From positions 92,789-156,788 of the forward strand of contig JBFWNS010000006.1 of assembly GCA_050250935.1 (NCBI GenBank): 64,000 nt of DNA, in the 5' to 3' direction. Numbering within the stretch: position 1 is the stretch's first letter; each line of letters begins with the position of its first letter. Made by a program: the position numbers and the translations under genes. Below the pieces are notes generated by a model. It worked only from the letters and a program-made list of their open reading frames with translations, was not told the DNA's origin and made no database searches. Source of the stretch: Candidatus Margulisiibacteriota bacterium (GTDB lineage Bacteria; Margulisbacteria; Marinamargulisbacteria; JBFWNS01). Below, in pieces: positions 38,904 to 48,594 of the stretch.

Positions 38904-41201
38904 GTGAAGGAGCACCATCAAATGGCCAAAGTACACAACCTGGGGTTTCCCCGCATCGGACAAAACCGCGAATTAAAAACGGCCCTTGAGGCTTATTGGT
39001 CCGGCAAATCGGATCGAGACAGCGTATTGCAAACCGCCGCCAGCCTTCGGGCTGACGCCCTGACCCGCCAACAGGGGTTGGACTGGATTCCCGTGGGCGA
39101 TTTTGCTTTGTATGACCACGTTTTAAACACCAGCGTTTTACTGGGCAATTTACCCAAACGGGCGTTGGAAAATGCCGATCATCCGCTAGACCAGTATTTC
39201 CGGGCTGCCCGTGGCCGTTCGGCAACCGACACCGAGGCTACCTCGGTACGTGCCAGTGAAATGACCAAGTGGTTTGACAGTAACTACCACTACCTGGTTC
39301 CCGAATTTGATGCCGCTACCCGTTTCAAAGCCAGCCCGGATTGGTTGCTCACCCACCTTAAACAGGCCAAAGCCCCTAATCTGAAACCGGTTTTGGTGGG
39401 GCCTTTAACCTATTTGTGGATCGGCAAAAGCAGTGATGGGACTTCCAAGCTCAGTTTGCTGAATCAGTTGGTGGCTGAATATGCAGTTGTATTAACCGAA
39501 TTGGCTCAGCACGGCATCACCTGGGTGCAGATCGATGAACCTATTTTGTGCTTGGAATTGCCCAAAGATTGGCAAGACGCCTTCAAAACCGCCTATACCA
39601 CCCTAAACAAAGCCTTGGCCCAAACCGCCATTCAGCTTTTGATGGCCACCTATTTCGGTCGCTTGGCCGAAAATTTGGACCTGGCTTTGTCATTGCCCGT
39701 TGCCGGGTTGCATGTGGATGCCATTAACGCCAAAGCCGATGTGTTACGGGCTGCTGAGTTGTTGGGGCCGGAACAGGTGTTGTCGGTGGGGGTGGTGAAT
39801 GGGCGTAATATTTGGAAAACGGATTTAACCACAGCGTTGGCGTGGTTGGAGCCGCTTCATGCCTGGTTGGGGGATCGGTTGTGGATTGCGCCGTCGTCGT
39901 CGCTGTTGCATGTGCCACTTTCGTTGGCGGCCGAAGCCCGGTTGGATGACGAGATAAAGTCTTGGCTGGCCTTTGCCGTAGAAAAGTTGGACGAAGTTCG
40001 GGTGTTGGGTAAAGCGTTAAATGACGGTCGGCTTGCTGTGGCCGATGCGTTGACAGCCAATGCCGCCGCCATAGCCGCCCGGCGAAACTCAGCACGCATT
40101 CACCAGCCCACAGTTCAGGCGCGTGTCGCTGCAGTATCTGTGGATGCTGGCAACCGCACCTCGGCCTATGCCCGCCGCCAAGCTTTACAACAACAGCTGT
40201 TGAACTTGCCTTTGTATCCCACCACCACCATCGGCTCTTTTCCCCAAACCGCCGATATTCGCAAAACCCGCCAACAGTTCAAACAAGGCCTGATCGATGC
40301 AGCCACCTACACAAACCGCATGCATCAAGAAATTGAAGCCTGTGTTCGCGAGCAAGAGGCCTTGGGGTTGGATGTTTTGGTCCACGGCGAAGCCGAGCGT
40401 AACGATATGGTGGAGTATTTTGGTGAGCAGCTCAGTGGGTTTGCCTTTACCCAAGCGGGGTGGGTACAGTCTTACGGTTCTCGCTGTGTTAAACCCCCGA
40501 TTTTGTTTGGCGATTGTTCCCGCCCCACGCCCATGACCGTTGCTTGGATTACCCATGCCCAATCTCTGACCGATAAACCCATGAAAGGCATGCTCACCGG
40601 TCCGGTCACCATCTTAAATTGGTCCTTTGTGCGGGACGATCAACCCCGCCGTGACACCTGCTTGCAACTGGCCGTGGCCCTGCGTGACGAAGTTTTGGAC
40701 TTGGAAAAAGCTGGTATTCGCATCATTCAAATCGATGAAGCCGCCCTGCGCGAAGGTCTTCCCCTGCGCCAAAGCGATTGGCAAACGTATCTGGATTGGT
40801 CGGTTTTGGCTTTTCGCATCACCGCCAACGGTGTGGCTGATGATACCCAAATCCACACCCACATGTGCTATTCCGAATTTAACGATATTTTGCCCGACAT
40901 TGCCGCCATGGATGCCGATGTCATCACCATCGAAACCTCTCGGTCCAATATGGAACTATTGGATGCCTTTGAAGCGTTTCGCTATCCCAACGGCATCGGG
41001 CCTGGTGTCTATGACATCCATTCCCCTAATGTGCCCACCACCCACAGCATCCAAGCCCTCATCCAAAAAGCCGAGCAACGCATTCCTGCCGAACAGCTTT
41101 GGGTGAATCCCGATTGTGGTCTCAAAACACGGGGCTGGCCCGAGGTGAGGCAGGCGTTGACCCACATGGTTGAAGCGGCTCAGGCGTTGCGCAGTAGATA
41201 G
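38904..41201 (+). CDS. metE: 5-methyltetrahydropteroyltriglutamate--homocysteine methyltransferase (cobalamin-independent methionine synthase)
   Basis: 765 aa: [19 protein letters not shown]..., two (beta/alpha)8 barrels, and C-terminal zinc ligands (H...C...E...C) in ...[10 protein letters not shown]... / ...DCGLKTR... Confidence 0.9.
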   Translation: MKEHHQMAKVHNLGFPRIGQNRELKTALEAYWSGKSDRDSVLQTAASLRADALTRQQGLDWIPVGDFALYDHVLNTSVLLGNLPKRALENADHPLDQYFRAARGRSATDTEATSVRASEMTKWFDSNYHYLVPEFDAATRFKASPDWLLTHLKQAKAPNLKPVLVGPLTYLWIGKSSDGTSKLSLLNQLVAEYAVVLTELAQHGITWVQIDEPILCLELPKDWQDAFKTAYTTLNKALAQTAIQLLMATYFGRLAENLDLALSLPVAGLHVDAINAKADVLRAAELLGPEQVLSVGVVNGRNIWKTDLTTALAWLEPLHAWLGDRLWIAPSSSLLHVPLSLAAEARLDDEIKSWLAFAVEKLDEVRVLGKALNDGRLAVADALTANAAAIAARRNSARIHQPTVQARVAAVSVDAGNRTSAYARRQALQQQLLNLPLYPTTTIGSFPQTADIRKTRQQFKQGLIDAATYTNRMHQEIEACVREQEALGLDVLVHGEAERNDMVEYFGEQLSGFAFTQAGWVQSYGSRCVKPPILFGDCSRPTPMTVAWITHAQSLTDKPMKGMLTGPVTILNWSFVRDDQPRRDTCLQLAVALRDEVLDLEKAGIRIIQIDEAALREGLPLRQSDWQTYLDWSVLAFRITANGVADDTQIHTHMCYSEFNDILPDIAAMDADVITIETSRSNMELLDAFEAFRYPNGIGPGVYDIHSPNVPTTHSIQALIQKAEQRIPAEQLWVNPDCGLKTRGWPEVRQALTHMVEAAQALRSR

Positions 41202-41214
41202 GTGAATGGCAGCA

Positions 41215-41275
41215 AGGCTCCTTTACAGTAGTTTCCTAGGAAACTATAATCTCTTTAGAAAACCCAAAGGAGCCT
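41215..41275 (+). promoter_or_regulatory. Inverted repeat AGGCTCCTTT/AAAGGAGCCT enclosing a perfect 18-bp palindrome TAGTTTCCTAGGAAACTA; the 3' arm contains the SD of the downstream gene
   Basis: Read directly: 41215-41224 pairs with 41266-41275, and the palindrome is at 41229-41246. The ATG of the next gene is at 41280. Confidence 0.5.
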
Positions 41276-41279
41276 GCCC

Positions 41280-41702
41280 ATGACCCCCATCGATCAGTTG
41301 AACACCGCTCTCGCTTTTGCCATGAAACACCGTCCCAAAGTCGGTGGCTTTCCGGTATTGGCTGAGGTGTTACGCCAAGCTGGGGTCACCCGTAATATGT
41401 GGGAGCTGCCGTCTTGTCAGTCCCTGTATGTGATGGCAAGTGGAACGGTGGTCAATCAGGGCGTCCCGTTAATTTCCGGCATGGCCGAGGTGCCGTCTTT
41501 TGATGAAGCAGCCTTAATTCACGCCCTTCGCCAAGACCAAGCCGGATACACCACGTTTCCTAAGTTTTTAATGAGTGCCTGGAAGGCTGGTGTGGTGCAT
41601 TATGAGGTAGATTTTGCGGCTAGAACCGTTGCGTATTATGGGCGTTTGGGCGAGGTGTATCTTGAAGCGTATCCTGCGGTAGAGGGCGTGACCTTTGCCT
41701 AG
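41280..41702 (+). CDS. DUF1398-like small protein
   Basis: ...GVVHYEVDFAARTVAYYG... resembles the DUF1398 (YbcV-like) C-terminal pattern. 140 aa. Confidence 0.4.
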   Translation: MTPIDQLNTALAFAMKHRPKVGGFPVLAEVLRQAGVTRNMWELPSCQSLYVMASGTVVNQGVPLISGMAEVPSFDEAALIHALRQDQAGYTTFPKFLMSAWKAGVVHYEVDFAARTVAYYGRLGEVYLEAYPAVEGVTFA

Positions 41703-42144
41703 CGATTTGACTCATCACCTTGGCTATTGGCTGCGGGTGGTCTCCAACCAAGTGTCCCATGCCTTTGCCAAAAAATTGGAAGCCAGCGGTGTGACTGTAG
41801 CCGAGTGGGTGGTCTTGCGCAACATGTATGGTGGTGATCAAACCACCTCGCCCAGTGTGGTAGCCGACTATACAGGATTATCCCGTGGGGCGATTTCCAA
41901 GCTTATCTCACGCCTTTTGAAAAAAGACCTGGTAACCCGTACCGAAGCGGCAGGAGACCGGCGCTATCAAGACATTCAACTGACCGCCGCTGCTCTGAAA
42001 CTGGTGCCCAAACTGGCCCAGTTGGCCGATGCCAACGACGACGCGTTTTTTGCTGTTTTAAATCCGGGTGAGCGTCGTACACTCAAGGAACTATTGCAAA
42101 GGATAGCGGATGACCATGCCTTTAAAACGGTTCCGATTGATTAA
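41695..42144 (+). CDS. MarR family transcriptional regulator
   Basis: Winged HTH: VTVAEWVVLRNMYGG...YTGLSRGAISKLISRLLKKDLVTRTEAAGDRR. Confidence 0.75.
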   Translation: MPSDLTHHLGYWLRVVSNQVSHAFAKKLEASGVTVAEWVVLRNMYGGDQTTSPSVVADYTGLSRGAISKLISRLLKKDLVTRTEAAGDRRYQDIQLTAAALKLVPKLAQLADANDDAFFAVLNPGERRTLKELLQRIADDHAFKTVPID

Positions 42145-42147
42145 CTG

Positions 42148-44721
42148 TTATGCCGACCCAACCACGCTATCCACCCAGTTTTCAACATGCTCAATCTTGA
42201 GCCCGTTGTCTAAATACCCTTGTTTGGCTTTGGCTAGCAGGGTAAAAAAATGATGCGCTTCGGGTTGTAGGGTGCTTAACTCGGTGATTAAGTCTTGGTC
42301 TGTGACGGGGAACCGGCCTGTGATTTCATAAATCGCCCGTTGTCCCACAGCCAGCCCATAGCTGATCCAATTGTCCAGGCTGGGGCAGGTGGTTAAGGTT
42401 TCCCAGGTGGCATCTTCGTGTTGGTCGATGAGGGCGGGGATGTTGTTTTCCAGGCGGTGGTGAAGGTCGGCTTGGCAAGCCTCGCCCCAAATGACCTGCA
42501 GGGGTTGGCTGTGCAACAGTTTGGCGTTGCAGGCCGTGTCCTCGAGGGTGGCCATACTTGCAATCCCAACGTCATGCCCATCCGGCAGCGTAGGACCGGC
42601 GATGAGGGTGAGAACCCAGTGGGTTTGGGCGTTATCGTCCAAGGGGGATCGGGTCACGATGACCAGGGGCAGGGGTTCTTTTTTGAATTGAGGATGGGGG
42701 CCTTCGCCTCGTCCATAGCCGCCTGCCAAAAGGACGGTTTGAATGGGTGCTCTTAGTGCTTCCGGGGTATTTTGTAGGATGCAATGCAGGGTGGCCAGTT
42801 GCCAGCGAATCAGCCGCTCTCCGTTGTCGCAGGCCATGGCGAAATGGGCAGCGTCAAACTGCGTTGTACTTTGAAGTAGGGCGCTGACTTGAAGGGGCAT
42901 GGCCAATGCGGTTGCCAGCGCTGCATGGTGGGGTTGGCCAAGATCTAGAACCTGGTGAAGTGCTGTTAAAAATCGGTGGAGTAGCATGGGTTCAAGTTGA
43001 AGAATCAGTAGCTGTAATTGGCGGTTGAACTGGGGTTCTGAAAAGGTATTTGTTTGAGGGTCAATGCAGGTATTTTGAGCCAAAAAGAGTCGCAGAACTT
43101 GGTCCATGATGATGGGTGCCGCCTGTAAATAGTCGGCCTGGACAAACAACCCGACACAGTCATCAGCACAGAGCCGTCTTGGGGTGCTTGGCCATTGGCT
43201 GGCCAGTTCCAGTAGGTGTTGGACTCGGTTTCCTTGGGGTAAACAAAGGTCCACGGTGGATTGCCCGGTTTTAATCCATTGGGCTGCCGATTCAATATAG
43301 CCAAACAACGGGCTAACCGTTGGAACATGCAGGGGAATTTGACAGGAGGGATGAAGCGCATCCTGTAAGGTGACGACCACCGTATCTGTTTCAGCTTGAA
43401 GTCGGTTCACAATGGCTGCGTGCAGACCTGGGTCCAAGCGGTGTGTTCGAATCAGCTGATACAACGCATCCAATCGAAGGGCTGGGTCCAGGCCTGGAAT
43501 CTCCAGGGTTTCACAGCAGGTGCTTAACCAAAAAATGGCTTTGGGGTTGTCTTGAAACACCTGAAAAAGCCTTGCCATAAGCGCGGGGTGGGGCGCTACA
43601 GTGGTTTGGATAAACGGCTTGAAATCCCGATGAAAATCTTGATGCTCAATCAAATCTGCGACTACCACGATGGCGGCTCTTTCATAAAAATCTGGGGTGG
43701 TTGTGGTGATGGTGCGAAGTGCTACGGCGCAAAAAGTGACGTTCAGCGTGGGTACATCCTGCTGCCGCTCGCACAACAGACTCACGGTTTGGGTATAATT
43801 TGGGTCCTGCGGATCCAACTGGTCAAATTTGGCCATGGTGGCGATAGCCCAGTTTTTGGCTTCTGTTTGGAGGTGTTGTTGAATCGCTTTGCAATAGGGT
43901 AAAGAGGGCCGTAGCGATTCGGTGACCCGTTCTAAGATCGTAGGGAATAAGAGGTTTAAAATGCAGATCTGTGATCTAGCCTGGTGTGGATCGGTAGTTG
44001 AAGGGGGGGTGTTTAGAATCGATTTGCACCGTTCATGGTTTTCGGGGGAACTTAGGTCGTGGGGTTGAAAGCCTTGTTTAAAAATAATGCTCAAGGCTTG
44101 TTGTTGAACGTGGCGTGGGCCTTCTGCCAGGTCTCTGAAAAGGCGTTGGATATAGTGCTGGGTCAGTTTTGCTGAGGGGTTTTTGTGTAGCATGATCGAC
44201 CTCACTTTTTCTGCATCGGTCAGGGGGATGGTGTCCCAGGCGCGTTGTAAGACCGCTTCAGGTTCACTACAGTTGAGTAGAACCATCGATAAGGCATGAG
44301 GTGTACCCAACAGTATATAAGCATCGCGGATTCGGGGTGACATCTTTATGTAATAGAGCCCTCGCTCACTAAAATGGTATGCATATTCCTGGTAGGGGAG
44401 GGCAGGAATGTTGGTGCGCTCCCACCCGTTTTCAAACCTAAAGAAATTGAGGGCCAAAATGAGTTGCAATTGGGTTTCGCGATCATCAGCCAGGTGTTCG
44501 ACATGCTCGATCAGATAGTTCGTATAGTGTTTACACGCAGGTATTCTCGGGAGGTGTTTAAGCCATTGGGCTGGTCCGGCCATCTTTAAGGTTGCTAAAA
44601 AGGTGTCCCGTGTTTCTGACGTAGACCTGGTATCACTGGCCCTGATCTCGAGGAAGCCCCAGTGATACTTCCAGTCTTTTTCAGGAATAAGGTGTTGGAC
44701 GGCAATGTATTTATGGTTCAT
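42148..44721 (-). CDS. Large orphan protein (857 aa) with a C-terminal degenerate GlnD/GlnE-like 'GGYGRGE' nucleotidyltransferase-like motif
   Basis: No signal peptide or TM seen. Mostly alpha-helical, Leu/Gln-rich composition. LLAGGYGRGEG lies at ~aa 663-673 (nt ~42697-42730), but the expected SDIDL is replaced by an insert and LPLVI. An AT-rich promoter is upstream. Confidence 0.5.
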   Translation of the reverse strand: MNHKYIAVQHLIPEKDWKYHWGFLEIRASDTRSTSETRDTFLATLKMAGPAQWLKHLPRIPACKHYTNYLIEHVEHLADDRETQLQLILALNFFRFENGWERTNIPALPYQEYAYHFSERGLYYIKMSPRIRDAYILLGTPHALSMVLLNCSEPEAVLQRAWDTIPLTDAEKVRSIMLHKNPSAKLTQHYIQRLFRDLAEGPRHVQQQALSIIFKQGFQPHDLSSPENHERCKSILNTPPSTTDPHQARSQICILNLLFPTILERVTESLRPSLPYCKAIQQHLQTEAKNWAIATMAKFDQLDPQDPNYTQTVSLLCERQQDVPTLNVTFCAVALRTITTTTPDFYERAAIVVVADLIEHQDFHRDFKPFIQTTVAPHPALMARLFQVFQDNPKAIFWLSTCCETLEIPGLDPALRLDALYQLIRTHRLDPGLHAAIVNRLQAETDTVVVTLQDALHPSCQIPLHVPTVSPLFGYIESAAQWIKTGQSTVDLCLPQGNRVQHLLELASQWPSTPRRLCADDCVGLFVQADYLQAAPIIMDQVLRLFLAQNTCIDPQTNTFSEPQFNRQLQLLILQLEPMLLHRFLTALHQVLDLGQPHHAALATALAMPLQVSALLQSTTQFDAAHFAMACDNGERLIRWQLATLHCILQNTPEALRAPIQTVLLAGGYGRGEGPHPQFKKEPLPLVIVTRSPLDDNAQTHWVLTLIAGPTLPDGHDVGIASMATLEDTACNAKLLHSQPLQVIWGEACQADLHHRLENNIPALIDQHEDATWETLTTCPSLDNWISYGLAVGQRAIYEITGRFPVTDQDLITELSTLQPEAHHFFTLLAKAKQGYLDNGLKIEHVENWVDSVVGSA

Positions 44722-44808
44722 CGAAGGCCCCCATTTTTTAATTTATTGAAAAAATAATTTACATCCTACTATAAATTTTCGATGAAAATGTTCATAAATT
44801 TCAATAAA

Positions 44809-45753
44809 TTAAAGGGTTGTGAGTGCCTCCTCCAACCGATCCAAGGTCCCGGTCCAACCCCCTGTCATGCTGTCGTGGCCGTTGTTAAAGCACTCAATTT
44901 CAGCTGGGGTTGCGTTAATGGGAACCCATTCGATGGTAAGGTTGGTTTTGCCGTTCTCGGATTCAAAGTGAATGGTGCTGAGCAGTTCTTTGGGCCATCC
45001 TGGGTTCATGGGGTGTTGGGCAATGCCACCGTGTTCGTCCGAAAAGCCGTTAATAAACATCAAGCGCTTGTGAAGCACAATGTCTTTAAACCACATTTTC
45101 CCCCAAATCGTGCTGCCATCGGGGTTTGTCATGCCGTAGTGGTAAGACCCACCGCGTCTAAAGTCCATCTTGGAATAGGCCACCCCAAAGTCTTGGGCGC
45201 CCCACCACCGACGCATGTGTTCGGGCTTTGTCCACATGTCCCACAAAATTTCCGGTGAGGCGTTGAAGGTACGAGACAGCACAAACGGCTTGGCCAGCAC
45301 CGTGCCAGTTTTTTCGGCCAAGGCTGCTTCCAGGCGTTCTAAATTTTGTTCGTTGCCCAAAATCGCATAGTCTTTAATGGCTTCGGCAACCTCGGGGTTT
45401 TCGAAGGTCATGTCGAATTGAATCCAGGTCCGATTGGGATCGTCTTTGGCGGGCTCAAAGCCAATGGTCACCTGAAACTTGGGGTGAGAGCGGTGGTCCA
45501 TGACCAAACGGGTTTTGGGGGTAATGTCTTTATAAATCCAGAGGTTGGGATAATCCGTGCCGTCAGGACCGTGCATGATAAATTCCCATTCCCCGCCAGG
45601 CTTGAATTCATGCCGAGAAATGGTGTTGCGAAACCCACGGGGTCCCCACCACTGGGCCAAATGGGTTGGGTCGGACCACAGTTCCCACACCACATCCAAA
45701 GGGGCATTTAAAAGGCGGCTGTTGCTGATATCTGGCATTAAAACAGGGGTCAT
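44809..45753 (-). CDS. Tandem SRPBCC/AHSA1 (activator of Hsp90 ATPase homolog-like) domain protein
   Basis: Two repeats carrying the ...W.W....H...WWGP.GF... pattern (DVVWELWSDPTHLAQWWGPRGF and EILWDMWTKPEHMRRWWGAQDF). Start at ATG 45753 with an 'aaggag' SD. Downstream of arsR. Confidence 0.65.
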   Translation of the reverse strand: MTPVLMPDISNSRLLNAPLDVVWELWSDPTHLAQWWGPRGFRNTISRHEFKPGGEWEFIMHGPDGTDYPNLWIYKDITPKTRLVMDHRSHPKFQVTIGFEPAKDDPNRTWIQFDMTFENPEVAEAIKDYAILGNEQNLERLEAALAEKTGTVLAKPFVLSRTFNASPEILWDMWTKPEHMRRWWGAQDFGVAYSKMDFRRGGSYHYGMTNPDGSTIWGKMWFKDIVLHKRLMFINGFSDEHGGIAQHPMNPGWPKELLSTIHFESENGKTNLTIEWVPINATPAEIECFNNGHDSMTGGWTGTLDRLEEALTTL

Positions 45754-45763
45754 GGGGGTCTCC

Positions 45764-46114
45764 TTAGTTGTTTTTTTCGGTTTGGTTGGTTGGTAGGGTT
45801 TCGAGATAGGCTTCGAGCCGATCAAATCGGTCGTCCCATAGTTTTTTGTGCTCCAAAATCCAATCGGTTGCTTTTTGAAACCCTTGGGGGTGAATTTTGC
45901 AGGGTCGTTGTTGGGCTTGTCGTTGTCGGGTAATCAGGCCTGCGTTTTCCAATACTTTAAGGTGTTTGGTAATGGCTGGCATGCTCATGTTAAAGGGTTC
46001 CGAAAGTTCGGTTACCGTGGCTTCTTTTTGAGACAGGCGATGCAAAATCTGAAGCCGGGTGGGGTCCGACAAAGCCTGAAACGTTGCACTGAGTTGATCG
46101 TAAGCCAGGGCCAT
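45764..46114 (-). CDS. ArsR/SmtB family transcriptional regulator
   Basis: FQALSDPTRLQILHRLSQKEATVTELSEPFNMSMPAITKHLKVLENAGLI is the ArsR HTH. Confidence 0.8.
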   Translation of the reverse strand: MALAYDQLSATFQALSDPTRLQILHRLSQKEATVTELSEPFNMSMPAITKHLKVLENAGLITRQRQAQQRPCKIHPQGFQKATDWILEHKKLWDDRFDRLEAYLETLPTNQTEKNN

Positions 46115-46208
46115 CGCAAACCTCCTTATTTAACTTTTTGTTAATATAACCAAATGGTTAAATAAAGGTCAAGGGGGGACTTTCTTGGTAGCGCTACAGA
46201 GATTCTGC

Positions 46209-46607
46209 TTAAGACAAAAAAGATTTAACCACCGAGCCTGGGATATTGGGGTTTTCGGGGTTAATCATAACGGCTTGTTTGGCGGGGCTTAGGATTAAAT
46301 CCATGTCTTCCATGGGAACGGCACCCAACAATACTTCATCCCCCAAGACGAGGGCACCCGTAAAACAAGATCTATTTTGAAAGGTAATTTGAATCGGACC
46401 CACATAGGGAACCACATGTTTTTTGCTGTCTGCGGTTGTGACTTCTCGGACCATCGAGGTGTTAAGGTCATACCCCAACTGAAGGGCCACGTGTTCTGGA
46501 ATGCACAAATGGAGGGCGCCGGTGTCGACCAAAGCGGTTGCTTCTAGACTGTTTAAGGCCTCGATTTTAGGATTTTTTAAAGCAATTTTGGTGTGAATTA
46601 AACCCAT
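46209..46607 (-). CDS. Retropepsin-like (clan AA) aspartic protease
   Basis: EATALVDTGALHLCIP has the D-T-G active-site motif in the usual context. 132 aa, single domain. Confidence 0.55.
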   Translation of the reverse strand: MGLIHTKIALKNPKIEALNSLEATALVDTGALHLCIPEHVALQLGYDLNTSMVREVTTADSKKHVVPYVGPIQITFQNRSCFTGALVLGDEVLLGAVPMEDMDLILSPAKQAVMINPENPNIPGSVVKSFLS

Positions 46608-46669
46608 GTTTTTTACTATAGCATGTTTCCAAATTTGCGTGTTGGATCAAAAATCGGTAATGTTTTTGC

Positions 46670-47251
46670 ATGACCCACCCCCAAGTCGATGACTTCCTGG
46701 CCAAAGCCAAAACCTGGGCCAAAGAATTTAAAGCCCTGCGCCATCTTGTTTTAGATAGCGAACTGACTGAAACCCTTAAGTGGGGGCAGCCCTGTTATAC
46801 CCTTGGAGACAAAAACATCGTTCTGATCCACGGGTTTAAAGACTATTGCGCTCTGTTGTTTTTTAAAGGGGCTTTGCTTGATGACCCCCACGGCCTGCTG
46901 GTTCAACAAACCGAAAATGTGCAAGCGGCCCGCCAAATTCGCTTTACAACTTTAGAACAAATCAATGCTCAAGCACCTTTACTCAAAACGTATCTTCAAA
47001 ACGCCATTGCCATTGAAAAAGCCGGCCTTAAAGTGGCCTTTAAAGCGAGTACCAATTTTGCGGCTCCTGAAGAATTTCAGGTGTATTTGGACGAAGATGC
47101 CGATTTAAAAACCGCCTTTGAAGCCCTGACACCAGGCCGACAACGGGCGTATTTGTTGTATTTTGGCGGCGCTAAACAAGCTAAGACGCGGGAAGACCGA
47201 GTCAAAAAACACTTGGGACGTATTTTAGAGAGAAAAGGATTGGATGATTAA
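46670..47251 (+). CDS. YdeI/OmpD-associated family protein (DUF1801 + YdeI)
   Basis: N-terminal VDDFLAKAKTWAKEFKALRHLVL, and a C-terminal ...GRQRAYLLYFGGAKQAKTREDRVKKHLGRIL pattern typical of YdeI. Confidence 0.5.
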   Translation: MTHPQVDDFLAKAKTWAKEFKALRHLVLDSELTETLKWGQPCYTLGDKNIVLIHGFKDYCALLFFKGALLDDPHGLLVQQTENVQAARQIRFTTLEQINAQAPLLKTYLQNAIAIEKAGLKVAFKASTNFAAPEEFQVYLDEDADLKTAFEALTPGRQRAYLLYFGGAKQAKTREDRVKKHLGRILERKGLDD

Positions 47252-47258
47252 CCCCCCA

Positions 47259-47696
47259 TTAAACGATTTCCCAGGGCTCGACGTCGCCGGGGATCAGGTT
47301 AAATAGCGGGTGAGGGGTTGGGTTTTTGAGGGTTTTGAGTTGTTCAAACCGAGCTGGGTCTCGGGTTTCGATTTTCTTTAAAAAATGCTGCCATTCATAG
47401 GCCAATTGACCTTGTGTGACGGTTAATGGGTGTAGGGCAGATGGGTGTAGATAGTCTGTAATTTTACTGCGGTCGAAATTGTAGTTTCGGGCTTTGGCTT
47501 CGGTGGTAATGCCATCCAGAAACGTTGCCACATAAGCCACGGGGTTTTGGCTGGCTTTAAACCGATTCAGTTGGGGATGGTTCACATAGCCCTTGGTTTT
47601 GCCAAGCACCACGTGCAGGGCCAACAGCCCTTCCCGCCAGCTGGCGACCAGGCCTTTGGTATCTAGATAGGTGGGGTGAAGGCTCCAGAGTCTCAT
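47259..47696 (-). CDS. Pyrimidine dimer DNA glycosylase (T4 endonuclease V-like) family protein
   Basis: MRLWSLHPTYLDTKGLVASWREGLLALHVVLGKTKGYVNHPQLNRF matches the pdg-family N-terminus. Start overlaps the upstream gene stop (ATGA). Confidence 0.6.
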   Translation of the reverse strand: MRLWSLHPTYLDTKGLVASWREGLLALHVVLGKTKGYVNHPQLNRFKASQNPVAYVATFLDGITTEAKARNYNFDRSKITDYLHPSALHPLTVTQGQLAYEWQHFLKKIETRDPARFEQLKTLKNPTPHPLFNLIPGDVEPWEIV

Positions 47697-48499
47697 GATA
47701 GGCAGTCCTTTAATGCCCCCAATAGCGTGGGGTGGTTGAATTGAAATGTGGGGTCCAAAACAGGATCTGGGCTTACCCGAATACTGTCCAATAATAATGA
47801 AGCACTTTCGCCCAGGGCAAGGCTTAGGGCCCATTCTGGAACCTTTAATAAAACAGGTCGATCCAGTGCTTGGCCCAGGGTTTTGGCAAACTCCCTGGCT
47901 TGAACCGGGTTGGGAGAACAGGCATTGAGGGGGCCGGCAAGCGTGTTGTCTTCCACGGCTTTGCAATAGAGGGCAACCAAATCGTCCAAATGAATCCAGC
48001 TGACCCATTGGGCGCCACTTCCCATCACCGCGCCCAATCCCCAGTTAAAGGGGGGAATCAGTTGCGCCAAAACACCGCCGTTTTTGCCCAAAACCAAACC
48101 GGTTCGCACACAAACAGAGCGAATACCCAACCCCCGAAACTGGGTGGCCGATGCTTCCCATGCTTGGCATACTTCGGCCAAAAACCCAGTGCCATAAACG
48201 CCGATGGCCGAGGCGGAGACCCAAGTTTTAACGCGGCCAGGGTTGTGTTGGAGGGCTTTAAACAGGGTGTTGGCCGTTTCAATGCGGCTGGATAGAATTT
48301 CTTTTTTGTAAGTTTTTGTCCACCGCTTGGCAATGGTAGCGCCAGCCAAATGAACCACGGCATCACAATCCTGAAGCCAGCTTGGGGGATGGGCAAGATC
48401 GTTTCGGGTGAGGGGTAAAACGGTGTGTCCACGCTGGGTTAGGGCCTGGGTTAAAGCTTGGCCAACAAAGCCGCTGGCACCGGTTATGGCGATTTGCAT
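47693..48499 (-). CDS. TIGR01777/YfcH family epimerase-like NAD(P)-binding protein
   Basis: MQIAITGASGFVGQALTQAL has a Rossmann GxxGxxG. The C-terminal DUF1731-like region is present. Confidence 0.7.
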   Translation of the reverse strand: MQIAITGASGFVGQALTQALTQRGHTVLPLTRNDLAHPPSWLQDCDAVVHLAGATIAKRWTKTYKKEILSSRIETANTLFKALQHNPGRVKTWVSASAIGVYGTGFLAEVCQAWEASATQFRGLGIRSVCVRTGLVLGKNGGVLAQLIPPFNWGLGAVMGSGAQWVSWIHLDDLVALYCKAVEDNTLAGPLNACSPNPVQAREFAKTLGQALDRPVLLKVPEWALSLALGESASLLLDSIRVSPDPVLDPTFQFNHPTLLGALKDCLS

Positions 48500-48594
48500 G
48501 GGGGTAGTGTATCACGTGTTTGCTTGAGACTAGACTAAGATCTAATAATTTAGTAAATTACTAAATAACTAAATTAAACCAAAGGTGACTTGCC

